DNA from: an uncultured candidatus Porisulfidus sp.
Lineage (GTDB): Bacteria; Pseudomonadota; Gammaproteobacteria; Poriferisulfidales; Poriferisulfidaceae
Direction of reading: 5' to 3'
Length of the DNA stretch: 64,000 bases
Assembly: GCA_965199755.1 (NCBI GenBank)
Contig: CBDASZ010000001.1
Span: 160,001-224,000 of the forward strand
The position numbers and the translations under genes were made by a program. Of this stretch, positions 33,071-42,668 are shown in pieces (the stretch's first letter is position 1; each line of letters starts with the position of its first letter). The notes beneath the pieces are model-generated. The model was not told where the DNA came from. It saw nothing but the letters and a program-made list of their open reading frames with translations, and searched no databases.

Positions 33071-34672
33071 GTGCCGGTTTTTTTCTGGCGCTGGGGAAGC
33101 GGAGCGCTTGCAGCCGGCATCCTGATTCCCTTGTTGATTATTTTCGGTGCCTGGCTACAGCCGGCGACCGAGATCTGGGCGCACCTGGCGGAGACGGTGC
33201 TTCCACGCCTGATTGGCAACACACTCATTCTGATGGCTGGCGTGGCCGTGGGCACCACAGTATTGGGGGTGGGTTTGGCTTGGCTGGTGTCGGCTTACCG
33301 GTTTCCGGGCAGCCGCATTTTCGACTGGGCACTGATGCTGCCGTTAGCCGTGCCGGCCTATGTGATGGCTTTCGTATTTTTGGGGTTGATGGATTTTCAG
33401 GGGCCGGCGCAAGAGGTAATACGGACGATATTCGGCCTGCCGAGCTCGTGGTTTCTGGAAGTGCGCAATCCGATAGGAGTGCTGGTTGTGATGACGCTGG
33501 TGCTGTACCCGTATGTCTATATGCTGTCGCGCGCGACGTTTCTGAAGCAGGGCATGGCACCGCTGGAAGCGGCGCGCACGATGGGCATGACTTCATGGGA
33601 AAGTTTCCGCCACGTGGCGCTGCCGATGGCGCGCCCGGCCATCATTGCCGGTGTCAGTCTGGCGATTATGGAGGCGCTGGCGGATTTCGGTGCGGTCGCA
33701 GTGTTCAATTTCGACACCTTCACTACCGCAATTTACAAGGCATGGTTTGGGTTCTATGACTTGCGCGCGGCAAGCCAGCTGGCCTCGATGCTGCTGGCCT
33801 TTGCTTTTGCACTGCTTCTTTTGGAGCGATACAGCCGTGCCCGGGCCCGCTACACAATGCAAGGCCGCCCGGTCGGCCAACAGCCGCCGCAATTGCGCGG
33901 AGTGCACGCGGCGCTGGCGTGCGGGTTTTGCTCTCTGGTACTGCTGCTGGCGTTTCTCGTGCCCATGCTGCAGTTGCTGATCTGGGCATGGACCAACCTC
34001 CAGAATCTCGATCAAGAGTATCTGGCATTGGTTGGGCACACCTTGTTGCTGGGCGCAATCGCCGCGGCTGTGACTACGGTGGGCGCTTTCGTGATTGCGT
34101 ACGCTCAGCGTCAGGCTCCGAATCGCATGATGCGCGTGAACGCCCGCATTAGCACCTTGGGCTATGCCGTGCCGGGCTCGGTGCTGGCGGTCGCGGTCAT
34201 GTTATCCTTGAGTTGGATCGATCGCCAGATTGCGATGGTCTGGGAACAGTTCACCGGCGTATCGCTGAATGCCGTGCTGGTCGGGAGCGTTCTTAGTCTG
34301 GTTTTGGCATACTACGCGCGCTTTCTTGCCTTGGCGTTCAACCCGATTGAGGCCGGTCTGGAGCAGATCAAGCCCCACCTTCGCGAGGCGGCGCAATCAC
34401 TTGGATTGCGAGGAATTGAAATCGTGCGCCAGTTGTACCTTCCGATGTTGCGCCCCGGGTTGCTGACGGCGGCGCTGCTGGTGATGGTGGACGTGATGAA
34501 GGAGATGCCAGCGACCTTACTGTTGCGGCCTTATGGCTGGGACACGCTCGCCATACGGATTCACGGGTTGTCTTCAGAAGGCTTGTGGGAGCGAGCGGCC
34601 CTGCCGGCGGTGACGCTGGTGCTGATAGGCTTAATCCCGGTATTTTTGCTGTCGGCGCGAAGTCGCCGCTAG
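33071..34672 (+). CDS. fbpB: Fe(3+) ABC transporter permease
   Basis: two EAA loops, MEALADFG, KEMPATLLLRP. Confidence 0.92.
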   Translation: MPVFFWRWGSGALAAGILIPLLIIFGAWLQPATEIWAHLAETVLPRLIGNTLILMAGVAVGTTVLGVGLAWLVSAYRFPGSRIFDWALMLPLAVPAYVMAFVFLGLMDFQGPAQEVIRTIFGLPSSWFLEVRNPIGVLVVMTLVLYPYVYMLSRATFLKQGMAPLEAARTMGMTSWESFRHVALPMARPAIIAGVSLAIMEALADFGAVAVFNFDTFTTAIYKAWFGFYDLRAASQLASMLLAFAFALLLLERYSRARARYTMQGRPVGQQPPQLRGVHAALACGFCSLVLLLAFLVPMLQLLIWAWTNLQNLDQEYLALVGHTLLLGAIAAAVTTVGAFVIAYAQRQAPNRMMRVNARISTLGYAVPGSVLAVAVMLSLSWIDRQIAMVWEQFTGVSLNAVLVGSVLSLVLAYYARFLALAFNPIEAGLEQIKPHLREAAQSLGLRGIEIVRQLYLPMLRPGLLTAALLVMVDVMKEMPATLLLRPYGWDTLAIRIHGLSSEGLWERAALPAVTLVLIGLIPVFLLSARSRR

Positions 34673-34680
34673 GAGCAATC

Positions 34681-35751
34681 ATGGCGCACCTGGAAATGGA
34701 TCAGGTTTATTGCGCTCCGGGCGAGTATCCGGTGCTGCGCGGGTTTTCTCTGGAAATTAATCGCGGGGAGATTGTCGCTTTGCTGGGGCCTTCGGGTTGC
34801 GGCAAAACCACGGTGCTGCGCACCATTGCCGGTTTTGAGACGGTGCATCGGGGGGAGGTTCGCATTGCTGAACAGGTGGTGGCACGCCCGGGTTTCAGCA
34901 TGCCGACCGAGCGGCGCGCTGTCGGTGTAGTGTTTCAGGATTTCGCGCTGTTCCCGCACTTGACCGTGGCAGAGAATGTCGCCTTGGGCTTGCGCGGCAA
35001 GCCTGGTGCAGAGCAGCGTCAGCGTGTGCGTGAGATGCTGAAGAAAACCTATTTGGTCTCCGATCAGGATCACAGACTGGAAGGGCGTTATCCGCATGAA
35101 CTTTCAGGCGGCCAGCAAGCCCGAGTCGCGCTGGCGCGCGCCTTGGCGCCGCAGCCGAGCCTGCTTCTTTTGGATGAGCCGTTTGCCGATCTGGATGAGA
35201 ATTTGCGTGAGCGTCTGGCTGGGGATGTGCGTGACATTCTGCGAGAAATGGGCACCACAGCGTTGCTGGTGACACACCATCACGAGGAGGCGTTCGCACT
35301 CGGCGGTAGGGTTGGCATGATGCGCGAAGGTGCGATTTTGCAACTGGATACGCCCTTTAACCTCTACCATGAGCCCACCTCTCGTGAGGTGGCGACCTTT
35401 TTGGATCGCGGGCTGTTTTTGCCGGCCGAGCTGCGCTCGGCGCATGATTTTGAGACAGAACTTGGGCAGGTGCACAGCAAGAAACCGTACCCACAGTCAC
35501 CCGGCACGCGCATGGAGATGCTGCTGCACCGCAGTGATGTCTTGCCGGATCCGCAGGGCCCACTGGTCGGCGTGGTGGTGGAAAAGACCTTTCAGGGGGA
35601 TTCCACTTTATACAGCGTGCGTATGGAGTCCGGGTTTTGCGTGCAGGTGGTTACGTCCAGCCATACGGATCTGGAGTGTGGCGAGACCTTACGTATGCGT
35701 CTTGATCTGGAGCACGTCGTCGCCTTCCCTGTCTCTGAGCCGGAGGTGTGA
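34681..35751 (+). CDS. fbpC: Fe(3+) ABC transporter ATPase
   Basis: GPSGCGKTT, LSGGQQ, LLLDEPF; AGGAG before the ATG at 34681. Confidence 0.9.
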   Translation: MAHLEMDQVYCAPGEYPVLRGFSLEINRGEIVALLGPSGCGKTTVLRTIAGFETVHRGEVRIAEQVVARPGFSMPTERRAVGVVFQDFALFPHLTVAENVALGLRGKPGAEQRQRVREMLKKTYLVSDQDHRLEGRYPHELSGGQQARVALARALAPQPSLLLLDEPFADLDENLRERLAGDVRDILREMGTTALLVTHHHEEAFALGGRVGMMREGAILQLDTPFNLYHEPTSREVATFLDRGLFLPAELRSAHDFETELGQVHSKKPYPQSPGTRMEMLLHRSDVLPDPQGPLVGVVVEKTFQGDSTLYSVRMESGFCVQVVTSSHTDLECGETLRMRLDLEHVVAFPVSEPEV

Positions 35752-35764
35752 CTGCGCTGGGGTT

Positions 35765-36277
35765 TCAGTGGTGCGTTTGTTCGTGTGCGAGCAGGCGGCG
35801 CTTGATTTCCAGCATGTGCGCTGACGCTGAAGGAGCCAGCGGTCCGCCATAGCCGCCCAGACTTCCATCTTTGCGAATCACGCGATGGCAAGGCACCACC
35901 ACACAAAGAGGATTGCGGCCATTGGCAGAGCCGACCGAACGAGGACTGCCGCCGGCACGGTGGGCGAGTTCACTGTATGAGCAGGTCTCGCCATAAGGGA
36001 TATCCAGCAAGGTGCGCCAGACTGTGAGACGCTGTGTGCCGTCGACAGGCGCGTCCTGCGCAAAAGGCGCGAGCGGCAAATCAAAATGTTTCCGCTTACC
36101 GGAGAAGTATTCCTGCAGTTGCGCGGCTGCAGTGTGCGTGAGATCGGTGGGTTGATCATGCAAGGCATCATCGCCCAGCACAAAATATACCGCTTCCAGT
36201 CCTTGCGGGCTGGCTAGCAACTGGATACGCGCGCCGAGCGGCGTATCGAAACTGTGTCGGGCTGTGATGTCGCCCAT
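35765..36277 (-). CDS. ogt: methylated-DNA--protein-cysteine methyltransferase
   Basis: IPYGET.SY, RSVGSANGRNP, VPCHRV active site. Confidence 0.92.
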   Translation of the reverse strand: MGDITARHSFDTPLGARIQLLASPQGLEAVYFVLGDDALHDQPTDLTHTAAAQLQEYFSGKRKHFDLPLAPFAQDAPVDGTQRLTVWRTLLDIPYGETCSYSELAHRAGGSPRSVGSANGRNPLCVVVPCHRVIRKDGSLGGYGGPLAPSASAHMLEIKRRLLAHEQTHH

Positions 36278-36286
36278 GGCCGAGGG

Positions 36287-36643
36287 TCAGCGCTTGAGTT
36301 TTTCCTTAATGCGCGCGGCCTTGCCGGTGCGGGAGCGCAGATAGTACAACTTGGCGCGGCGTACTTTGCCCCGCCGTTTCACCGTGATTGAATCAATCAG
36401 CGGGCTGTGCGTCTGAAACACTCGCTCGACGCCTTCGCCGTGTGAGATCTTGCGTACTGTGAACGAAGAGTTCAGTCCGCGGTTTCGCTGTGCGATCACC
36501 ACGCCTTCGAAAGTCTGTAAGCGCTCGCGCTCGCCCTCGCGAACTTTTACCGCCACCGCCACCGTGTCGCCGGACGAAAACTCCACGTCCGCCAGATCCG
36601 GGCGCATCTGCGCCGCTTCCAGTTGTTCAATTATTGCGCTCAC
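36287..36643 (-). CDS. rplS: 50S ribosomal protein L19
   Basis: [31 protein letters not shown]; GTG start at 36643. Confidence 0.96.
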   Translation of the reverse strand: MSAIIEQLEAAQMRPDLADVEFSSGDTVAVAVKVREGERERLQTFEGVVIAQRNRGLNSSFTVRKISHGEGVERVFQTHSPLIDSITVKRRGKVRRAKLYYLRSRTGKAARIKEKLKR

Positions 36644-37388
36644 GATCTGATTCCTTTGCTTTGGTGTTGCGGTATTCGTCGAGAATCGCCTGATCCTCTG
36701 CTGATAGCGAGGCTTTTTCAAGCAAGTCAGGACGGCGCAGCCAGGTTCGGATCAATGCCTTCCGGCGTCGCCAGCGGCCTATTTTGCCATGATTTCCAGA
36801 TAAAAGCACGTCCGGGGTTTTCATGCCGTCGATCTCTTCCGGTCGCGTGTAGTGGGGGCAGTCCAGAAGACTATCGTCAAAGGAGTCCTGCTCGGCGGAT
36901 TCCGCGCAGCCCAGAACGCCCGGCAGCAATCGGGCAATAGCGTCAATGACGACGGCGGCTGCCAGTTCGCCGCCGCTGATCACGTAATCTCCGAGTGACC
37001 ATTCAGTATCCGCATGACGTTGCAGAAAACGCTCATCAATACCCTCGTAACGCCCAGCCACCAGAATCAGCGCCTCTTCATTAGCCGCTTCCCGGGCGAG
37101 GGTTTGTGTGAATGGAACGCCTTGCGGGCTCAGCACGATGGTGCGCGCTTCAAGCGCGCTTTCGCACGCGGCGGCATGCGCCCGGGCCAAGGGTTCGTAA
37201 CACATGACCATGCCAGGGCCGCCACCGTAGGGGCGATCGTCAACAGTGCGGTGCACGTCGGTGGCGAAATCACGCGGGTTGACGCATTGCAAATCCAGAA
37301 GACCGCTCTCCCGAGCGCGGCCAATCACACCTTGGCTGGTTGCCGATTCCAGAATGTCCGCCAGCAGGCACAAAGTGACGATGCGCAT
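36627..37388 (-). CDS. trmD: tRNA (guanine-N1)-methyltransferase
   Basis: [38 protein letters not shown]. Confidence 0.97.
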   Translation of the reverse strand: MRIVTLCLLADILESATSQGVIGRARESGLLDLQCVNPRDFATDVHRTVDDRPYGGGPGMVMCYEPLARAHAAACESALEARTIVLSPQGVPFTQTLAREAANEEALILVAGRYEGIDERFLQRHADTEWSLGDYVISGGELAAAVVIDAIARLLPGVLGCAESAEQDSFDDSLLDCPHYTRPEEIDGMKTPDVLLSGNHGKIGRWRRRKALIRTWLRRPDLLEKASLSAEDQAILDEYRNTKAKESDRERNN

Positions 37389-37391
37389 CGC

Positions 37392-37925
37392 TTACTCCAG
37401 CACACCGTCCCAGCGCACCTCAATGCGCCCGGACTCAAGAGAGACACTGCGCACGGTGTCGTCAGGAAGATAAGGAATCAGATACTCAGCATAGCCGCGC
37501 ACCAGCAGAACGTCATGGGCGGGGGACTCCAGAATTTCGGAGACTTCTCCGAGTACAGCGCCGTGCTGGTCCACCGCCTGCAATCCGAGCAGTTGATGGT
37601 GATAGTACTCGCCCGGCGGCAGTGCAGGAAATTGCGCCGGGTCAATGAGAATGTCGCGCCCGCACAGGGCCAGCGCCTGGTCCCGATCATCAATGCCGCG
37701 CAGTTTCGCAATCAGGGCTTTCTGATGGGGGCGCGCTTCTTCAAGTTCGTAGTCTTGCTCGTCCTCACCGTCACTCACTCGCCATGGTTGGTACTGGATC
37801 AGATTCTGTTGCGGGCGGGTGTAAGAGAACACGCGGACCCAGCCGCGCACACCGTAAGCGCTCCCGATGCGGCCGCATGGAGCGAAGCGGGGGACAGTGG
37901 GTGAGGGAGGTGTGGAGGAGGCCAG
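37392..37925 (-). CDS. rimM: ribosome maturation factor RimM (start codon uncertain, CTG proposed)
   Basis: GRIGSAYGVRGWVRV, EYYHHQLLG, YLIPY; lies between rpsP and trmD. Confidence 0.9.
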   Translation of the reverse strand: MASSTPPSPTVPRFAPCGRIGSAYGVRGWVRVFSYTRPQQNLIQYQPWRVSDGEDEQDYELEEARPHQKALIAKLRGIDDRDQALALCGRDILIDPAQFPALPPGEYYHHQLLGLQAVDQHGAVLGEVSEILESPAHDVLLVRGYAEYLIPYLPDDTVRSVSLESGRIEVRWDGVLE

Positions 37926-37940
37926 AATGCTGGCGGAGGC

Positions 37941-38195
37941 TCAAGCCGCTTGCGCTGCCGCGTGCTGACGAATCAGTTTAGAGGCGCGCTCGGACATTTT
38001 GGCACCGACTTCAAGCCAGTGCGTCACGCGCTCCTGATCCACGCGCAAAGATTCTTCCCCGCCTCTGGCGGAAGGGTTGAAAAATCCAAGGCGCTCGATG
38101 TAGCCGCTGTCACGCGGACGGCGTGAGTCAGTGACTACCAGATGGTAGAACGGACGCTTTTTGGCCCCCGCGCGCGAAAGACGAATAACGACCAA
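37941..38195 (-). CDS. rpsP: 30S ribosomal protein S16
   Basis: [18 protein letters not shown]; TTG start with AGGAG. Confidence 0.97.
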   Translation of the reverse strand: MVVIRLSRAGAKKRPFYHLVVTDSRRPRDSGYIERLGFFNPSARGGEESLRVDQERVTHWLEVGAKMSERASKLIRQHAAAQAA

Positions 38196-38391
38196 TTCAG
38201 GCTCCTGCTTGAGTCATGTCACGTAATGTGAGGGGGTGATTTTAGCAGAAACGGGATAGTGGCAGTTTGCGGCGACCACAACTGTGTGACGATCCCAATG
38301 GCCATCTGTTCCTGCATCAGTAAGTGGGGGTCTTTGTCCGAGGCATACATAGTGCTGTCCAGCAAACAACCAGCAAACAAATTAGGTTCAT

Positions 38392-38888
38392 CTATTCGTC
38401 ACTCGGGCGGGCCCAAAATGGTAGGTATGTCCGACTTCGTGTTCCCACAGAGTGGTCTTCTATAACAATTTTTTCGTCCTCCACAGCCTCTTTCAGCAAA
38501 CGGGAAGCACCTGCAGCATTTTTATCACTGAGACCAAACCTTTTCCGCAGTATCGCATTTGTCATTTTGCTGGAAGTCACGTAACACAGGCAGGCGTGCA
38601 AATAGCATGCGCGGATGCGATCGCTCTTACCCATGTCTTTAAGATCTTTATGCGCGAACAGTACCGAGCGCGTAGATTTATCAGAAGCTTCGAACAACGG
38701 AGCGGGCAACTGAAAAAGTTCTATTCACCATTCAGAGCTGCGGAATTGGAAAGCGCGGAAATATACTCTCCGATTTCTTGTGGACCCGCTTTGTTACGCT
38801 TGAACTTCGCCCATTCCGTTTCGCCGACAGAACGGCACCCCTCCCGAACCAGACCGGTCAGATATTTGGCAGAGTAAGCAGGGCTCAT
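38392..38888 (-). pseudogene. internally deleted AlbA/Schlafen-like + ATP-binding + wHTH protein relic
   Basis: N-terminal piece 38888-38721 (..ETEWAKFK..PQEIGEYISALSNSAAL*) abuts an out-of-frame C-terminal piece (ELFQLPAPLFE..DRIRACYLHACL..MTN..LRKRFG..YLPFWA). Confidence 0.7.
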
Positions 38889-38942
38889 GGTCAATATTGC
38901 CTTGTGGCTCTTGCTCCCTCAGTAAGGCCATCTGCATATAGA

Positions 38943-39019
38943 TGGTGGGCCCGGCAGGATTCGAACCTGCGACCAAAGGATTATGAGTCCCCTGCTCTGA
39001 CCAGCTGAGCTACAGGCCC
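38943..39019 (-). tRNA. tRNA-Ile2(CAT, lysidine type)
   Basis: reverse complement GGGCCTGTAGCTCAGCTGGTCAGAGCAGGGGACTCATAATCCTTTGGTCGCAGGTTCGAATCCTGCCGGGCCCACCA; CAT anticodon; Ile2 rather than Met inferred from sequence type and position near rpoD. Confidence 0.9.
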
Positions 39020-39027
39020 CAGCAGTA

Positions 39028-40806
39028 TTATTCTACGCCGAGGCAGCTGCGTAGACGCTCGAAGCGCCCGGGCGTGCGCAGTTTCCGCAGGGCTTGCGCC
39101 TCTATCTGGCGGACGCGCTCGCGCGTCACATTCAACTGCTTGCCGATTTCTTCCAGAGTGTGATCGTGGCTCATGCCCACCCCGAAGCGCATGAGCAAGA
39201 CCTTGATCTCATCGGGTTTCAGTTCTTTCAGTGCTTCCTGAACCGCCAGCTTAATTTCATCACGATGCGCTTCACTGTCGGGTTTTTCGGTTATCGAATC
39301 TTCCAGCCGGTCGCCGATGCGCAGATCAGTGTCCTCACCGCGAATGGGCATCTCCGTAGACAACGTGTTGCGCGATGCCTCCATGGCTTGGCGAATCTTG
39401 GCGGGTTCCATGTCCAGTTTCTCGGCCAGTTCTTCCACCGTGGGCTCGCGGCCGTTTTCCTGCATCAACTGTCCAGTGGTGCGGTTGACCTTGTTGATCA
39501 GTTCACGCATGTGTACCGGCACGCGGATGGTTTGGCTCTGATCCGAGATGGCCCGATTGATTGCCTGACGCACCCACCAGGTCGCATAAGTTGAGAATTT
39601 GAATCCGCGGCGGTACTCGAACTTGTCCACCGCCTTCATCAGGCCGATATTGCCTTCTTCAATCAGGTCCAGAAATGGCAGCCCGTGTTTGGTGTGCTTG
39701 CGGGCGATGGAAACCACCAGTCGCAGGTTCGCATTGATCATCTTGTCTTTCGCCACTTTGGCGCGCGCATCGGCCTCGCGCAGATCAACGCCGAGCCGCT
39801 TGATGTTGGTGAGTTCGATTCCCATGGTCTCTTGCATCTGGATCAGCCGGTCTTGAGTACGCGCCACTTGTTGTTGCACCGGGATGAGGGTGGAGCGTTT
39901 CGAGACACGCTTCTTGACCAGCTCGCGGGTCCACTTGGGGTCAGTTCCCTTCGTTGCGAATTCCTTGTCGAAGCGCGCCGCAGGCATGCCTACGCGCAGA
40001 CAGTCGCGACGGAAAGACTTCTCCAGCTTTCGCAGCTCCTTGTCGGATTTTTCCAACACCTCACGCATTTCCAACACGATCGTCGGCGCGAGATTGAAGC
40101 GCAGCAGATATTCAGCCACTTCCCGGCGGCGGCGTTCGTAAGCGTTGGGGCTGCGGCGCACAGAGCTGTGCTGCGCCCGTTTGTGGCGTCCGGCCAGTAC
40201 GCGGAAGCGGCCTTCCACCATGCGGCGAGTCGGCGGCGGCTTCTTCTGGCTTTCCTTGCTGTCCTTGGTGATCTTGCTGTTGTCCGGCTGAATGCGCGGG
40301 TCGCTGTTGACAAAACCGGAGACCAGTTCGTTGATTTTCAGGGTTTGATTGCGAAACTCGTCGTACTTTTCAAAAAGCAAATCAATGATGGCCGGGCATT
40401 GACCCAATGCAAACAGCGCATCCAGACGCGCGCGCTCGAAGTTCTTGGCCAACTGGATCTCCTCATTGCGCTGCAACAGCGGGAAGGAACCCATCGCCCG
40501 CATGTACATGCGCACCGGATCGGAAGTCGGCGCGTCATCATCGGGTTGTTCAGCGAGGGCTGGCGGGGTGTCGCCGTCGAGCAGTACATCGCCGCCGTCT
40601 TCATCCTCTTCCAGAATCTCGAAATGCGCATCGATCATCTGCTCGATGAGATCGGTGATTTCCTCCGCGCTGTAATCGTCCGACAATTCCTTGAAAATGT
40701 CGGAGCGCGTCAGGTGTCCCTGTTTTCGGCCGCGTTCAATCAGGTCGCCGTAGCCGGCCTGTCGCAGGCTTTTCAGATCGAGTTTTTTGTTTGAGGAGTC
40801 TTCCAT
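39028..40806 (-). CDS. rpoD: RNA polymerase primary sigma factor
   Basis: [50 protein letters not shown]. Confidence 0.93.
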   Translation of the reverse strand: MEDSSNKKLDLKSLRQAGYGDLIERGRKQGHLTRSDIFKELSDDYSAEEITDLIEQMIDAHFEILEEDEDGGDVLLDGDTPPALAEQPDDDAPTSDPVRMYMRAMGSFPLLQRNEEIQLAKNFERARLDALFALGQCPAIIDLLFEKYDEFRNQTLKINELVSGFVNSDPRIQPDNSKITKDSKESQKKPPPTRRMVEGRFRVLAGRHKRAQHSSVRRSPNAYERRRREVAEYLLRFNLAPTIVLEMREVLEKSDKELRKLEKSFRRDCLRVGMPAARFDKEFATKGTDPKWTRELVKKRVSKRSTLIPVQQQVARTQDRLIQMQETMGIELTNIKRLGVDLREADARAKVAKDKMINANLRLVVSIARKHTKHGLPFLDLIEEGNIGLMKAVDKFEYRRGFKFSTYATWWVRQAINRAISDQSQTIRVPVHMRELINKVNRTTGQLMQENGREPTVEELAEKLDMEPAKIRQAMEASRNTLSTEMPIRGEDTDLRIGDRLEDSITEKPDSEAHRDEIKLAVQEALKELKPDEIKVLLMRFGVGMSHDHTLEEIGKQLNVTRERVRQIEAQALRKLRTPGRFERLRSCLGVE

Positions 40807-41077
40807 GAAATAAGATTGAATTAAAGTTGTTAATTATAATAATACTGTTCTGCAACCCCAATATCAAGTCTTGGTAAATTTTGGGGAAACCTTAGCAATG
40901 ATGCTGTTTCATCAAGCAGTTATCATGTGAGGTGAGCATAATAATGGGGGGCGGAAGCGTTCATATGCAAGCCCAAAATAACGCATTGGGTGGTGTTTTT
41001 GTGCCGCTTTCTGCCGGATACATAATGAAATCATACGAAAGTGGATACTAAATAGCCAAATAAGTACAATGGGTGGC

Positions 41078-41500
41078 ATGGAAAAGCAATCCAATCGCGC
41101 CGCTAGTGTGAGCGAAGTGACGGCGCTCTTGCGGTCACACCGGATTCGCCCGACCCGCCAACGGGTGCGGATCGGTGCCTCCCTGTTTGCCTGTGACCAG
41201 CATGTTACCGCTGCCGACTTGTGGAGGCAACTGCGTTACAGCGCGGCACCGGTAGCGCGGGCCACGGTGTACAACACACTGGAATTGTTCGCATCCAAGG
41301 GGTTGATTCGTGAACTCGACATGGGAGCGGGCGGACGGATATACGACACCAATCTGGAGCCGCACTACCACATGCACTATCTGGACAGCGGGCGAATCGA
41401 GGATCTGGATCCGGGTCAGGTCACGGTGCATGTTGCCGACCAGGCGCTGGAGCAGGCGCAGTTGGTCGGTGTGGATGTGACGGTGCGGGTCAACGGCTGA
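41078..41500 (+). CDS. Fur-family regulator, Irr-like
   Basis: RPTRQR..QHVTA..ARATVYNTL..YDTN..PHYH; no CxxC motifs. Confidence 0.82.
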   Translation: MEKQSNRAASVSEVTALLRSHRIRPTRQRVRIGASLFACDQHVTAADLWRQLRYSAAPVARATVYNTLELFASKGLIRELDMGAGGRIYDTNLEPHYHMHYLDSGRIEDLDPGQVTVHVADQALEQAQLVGVDVTVRVNG

Positions 41501-41564
41501 GCCCGTGTGGTGCTCCGACACAGCCGGGGCGTGTTGTCGGTTTTTACATCAATTGATTTCCTCA

Positions 41565-42305
41565 ATGCGCAGTCTCATTGCCGCCGCGCTGATGCTGGCG
41601 ACTGCGGGGGTGTTGGCAGAAGCGCCGGCGGACAACGAATATCCGCAAAGCCGCGCGCTGATGCGCTCCATTCTTGAGCAGGCCAATGATGCGGCGCTGC
41701 AGGCGCAGAAGAAATATTTCCCCGAACACTATGACGCGCTGACGCTGCAGCTGACACAGTGGCAGCGTGCGGACGGCTCTCGTGAGGCGACCGAGAAACT
41801 GGTGAATACGTCCAACCAAAACTGGGCGCGTTACAACGAACTGGTTCGCCAGGGCGCTCCGCAGGACTGGAGGCAACTGGTCCGCATGCGCCGGGATGTG
41901 TTCGCGGTGATCGCCGAGCGAGAAGGCGCGCAGTTGTGCATGAGTTACGAATACCGGGGCAGTCAGGCATTGACCGGCGGCGGGCGTGAGTTCTACCGAC
42001 CGCAGATCAGTGCGTATATTGCGAAATTTCTGGAAGCAGCGGCGGCCGCGCGGGACAATCCAGCGCAGTGGGAAGAGGCGCACGCGGAGGATATGGGGCT
42101 GCTGTATGACACGGCGCGCGGTAGTGGAACGACGGAAGAACTGCTGCAAGCGCTGCGGCCGACTGCGGAGACGCATCCGCAATTTTGTGACGCCATGATC
42201 GCGATTCTGGATGCCGCGCTGGTGCTGGAAGGCCCGCCGGCGCAACGGGTCTGGCGCTTTCTGGTGACGGTGGCACCAAAGCCGGCTGAAGATGCCTCCG
42301 AGTGA
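41565..42305 (+). CDS. hypothetical exported protein
   Basis: signal peptide MRSLIAAALMLATAGVLA; no motif recognised. Confidence 0.65.
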   Translation: MRSLIAAALMLATAGVLAEAPADNEYPQSRALMRSILEQANDAALQAQKKYFPEHYDALTLQLTQWQRADGSREATEKLVNTSNQNWARYNELVRQGAPQDWRQLVRMRRDVFAVIAEREGAQLCMSYEYRGSQALTGGGREFYRPQISAYIAKFLEAAAAARDNPAQWEEAHAEDMGLLYDTARGSGTTEELLQALRPTAETHPQFCDAMIAILDAALVLEGPPAQRVWRFLVTVAPKPAEDASE

Positions 42306-42386
42306 AGAGTGGCCGGTGGCTGTCGCTGTCGGGGACGCTAGAATGTTGGGAAACTACTTCCCCAAGCAACGTTCAGGTGTATGGCA

Positions 42387-42650
42387 ATGCTGTCAAAATT
42401 TTTCTCTCTGTTTCTGATCGCCTTTGTGGTTCTGCATATCACGCCGTCCGCGTTCGCGTGCAGTCCCCGCGCCATTTGCGGCGATGGCCATTCATACAGT
42501 GATCCGGCGCACAAGTTTGATCGTGAAGAACGAGCACAAATGCAACGGTTCTGCGAAAACATGGCGGAACGGGTCTGCAATCAGATCAAGCAGCAAGCGG
42601 AGAAGAACGCCAAGCTGGAGATCAGGCGGCACCAAAGGCAGGAACACTAG
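42387..42650 (+). CDS. small hypothetical exported protein with four Cys
   Basis: signal peptide ending SAFA; TAGAAT upstream; start 42381 or 42387. Confidence 0.55.
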   Translation: MLSKFFSLFLIAFVVLHITPSAFACSPRAICGDGHSYSDPAHKFDREERAQMQRFCENMAERVCNQIKQQAEKNAKLEIRRHQRQEH

Positions 42651-42668
42651 ACCGCGCTGTCTCACGGA

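Noticed and set aside
38200-39019. Intact integrative element or prophage at tRNA-Ile2 or tRNA-Val
   Set aside because: No integrase and no duplicated tRNA 3' end found by eye
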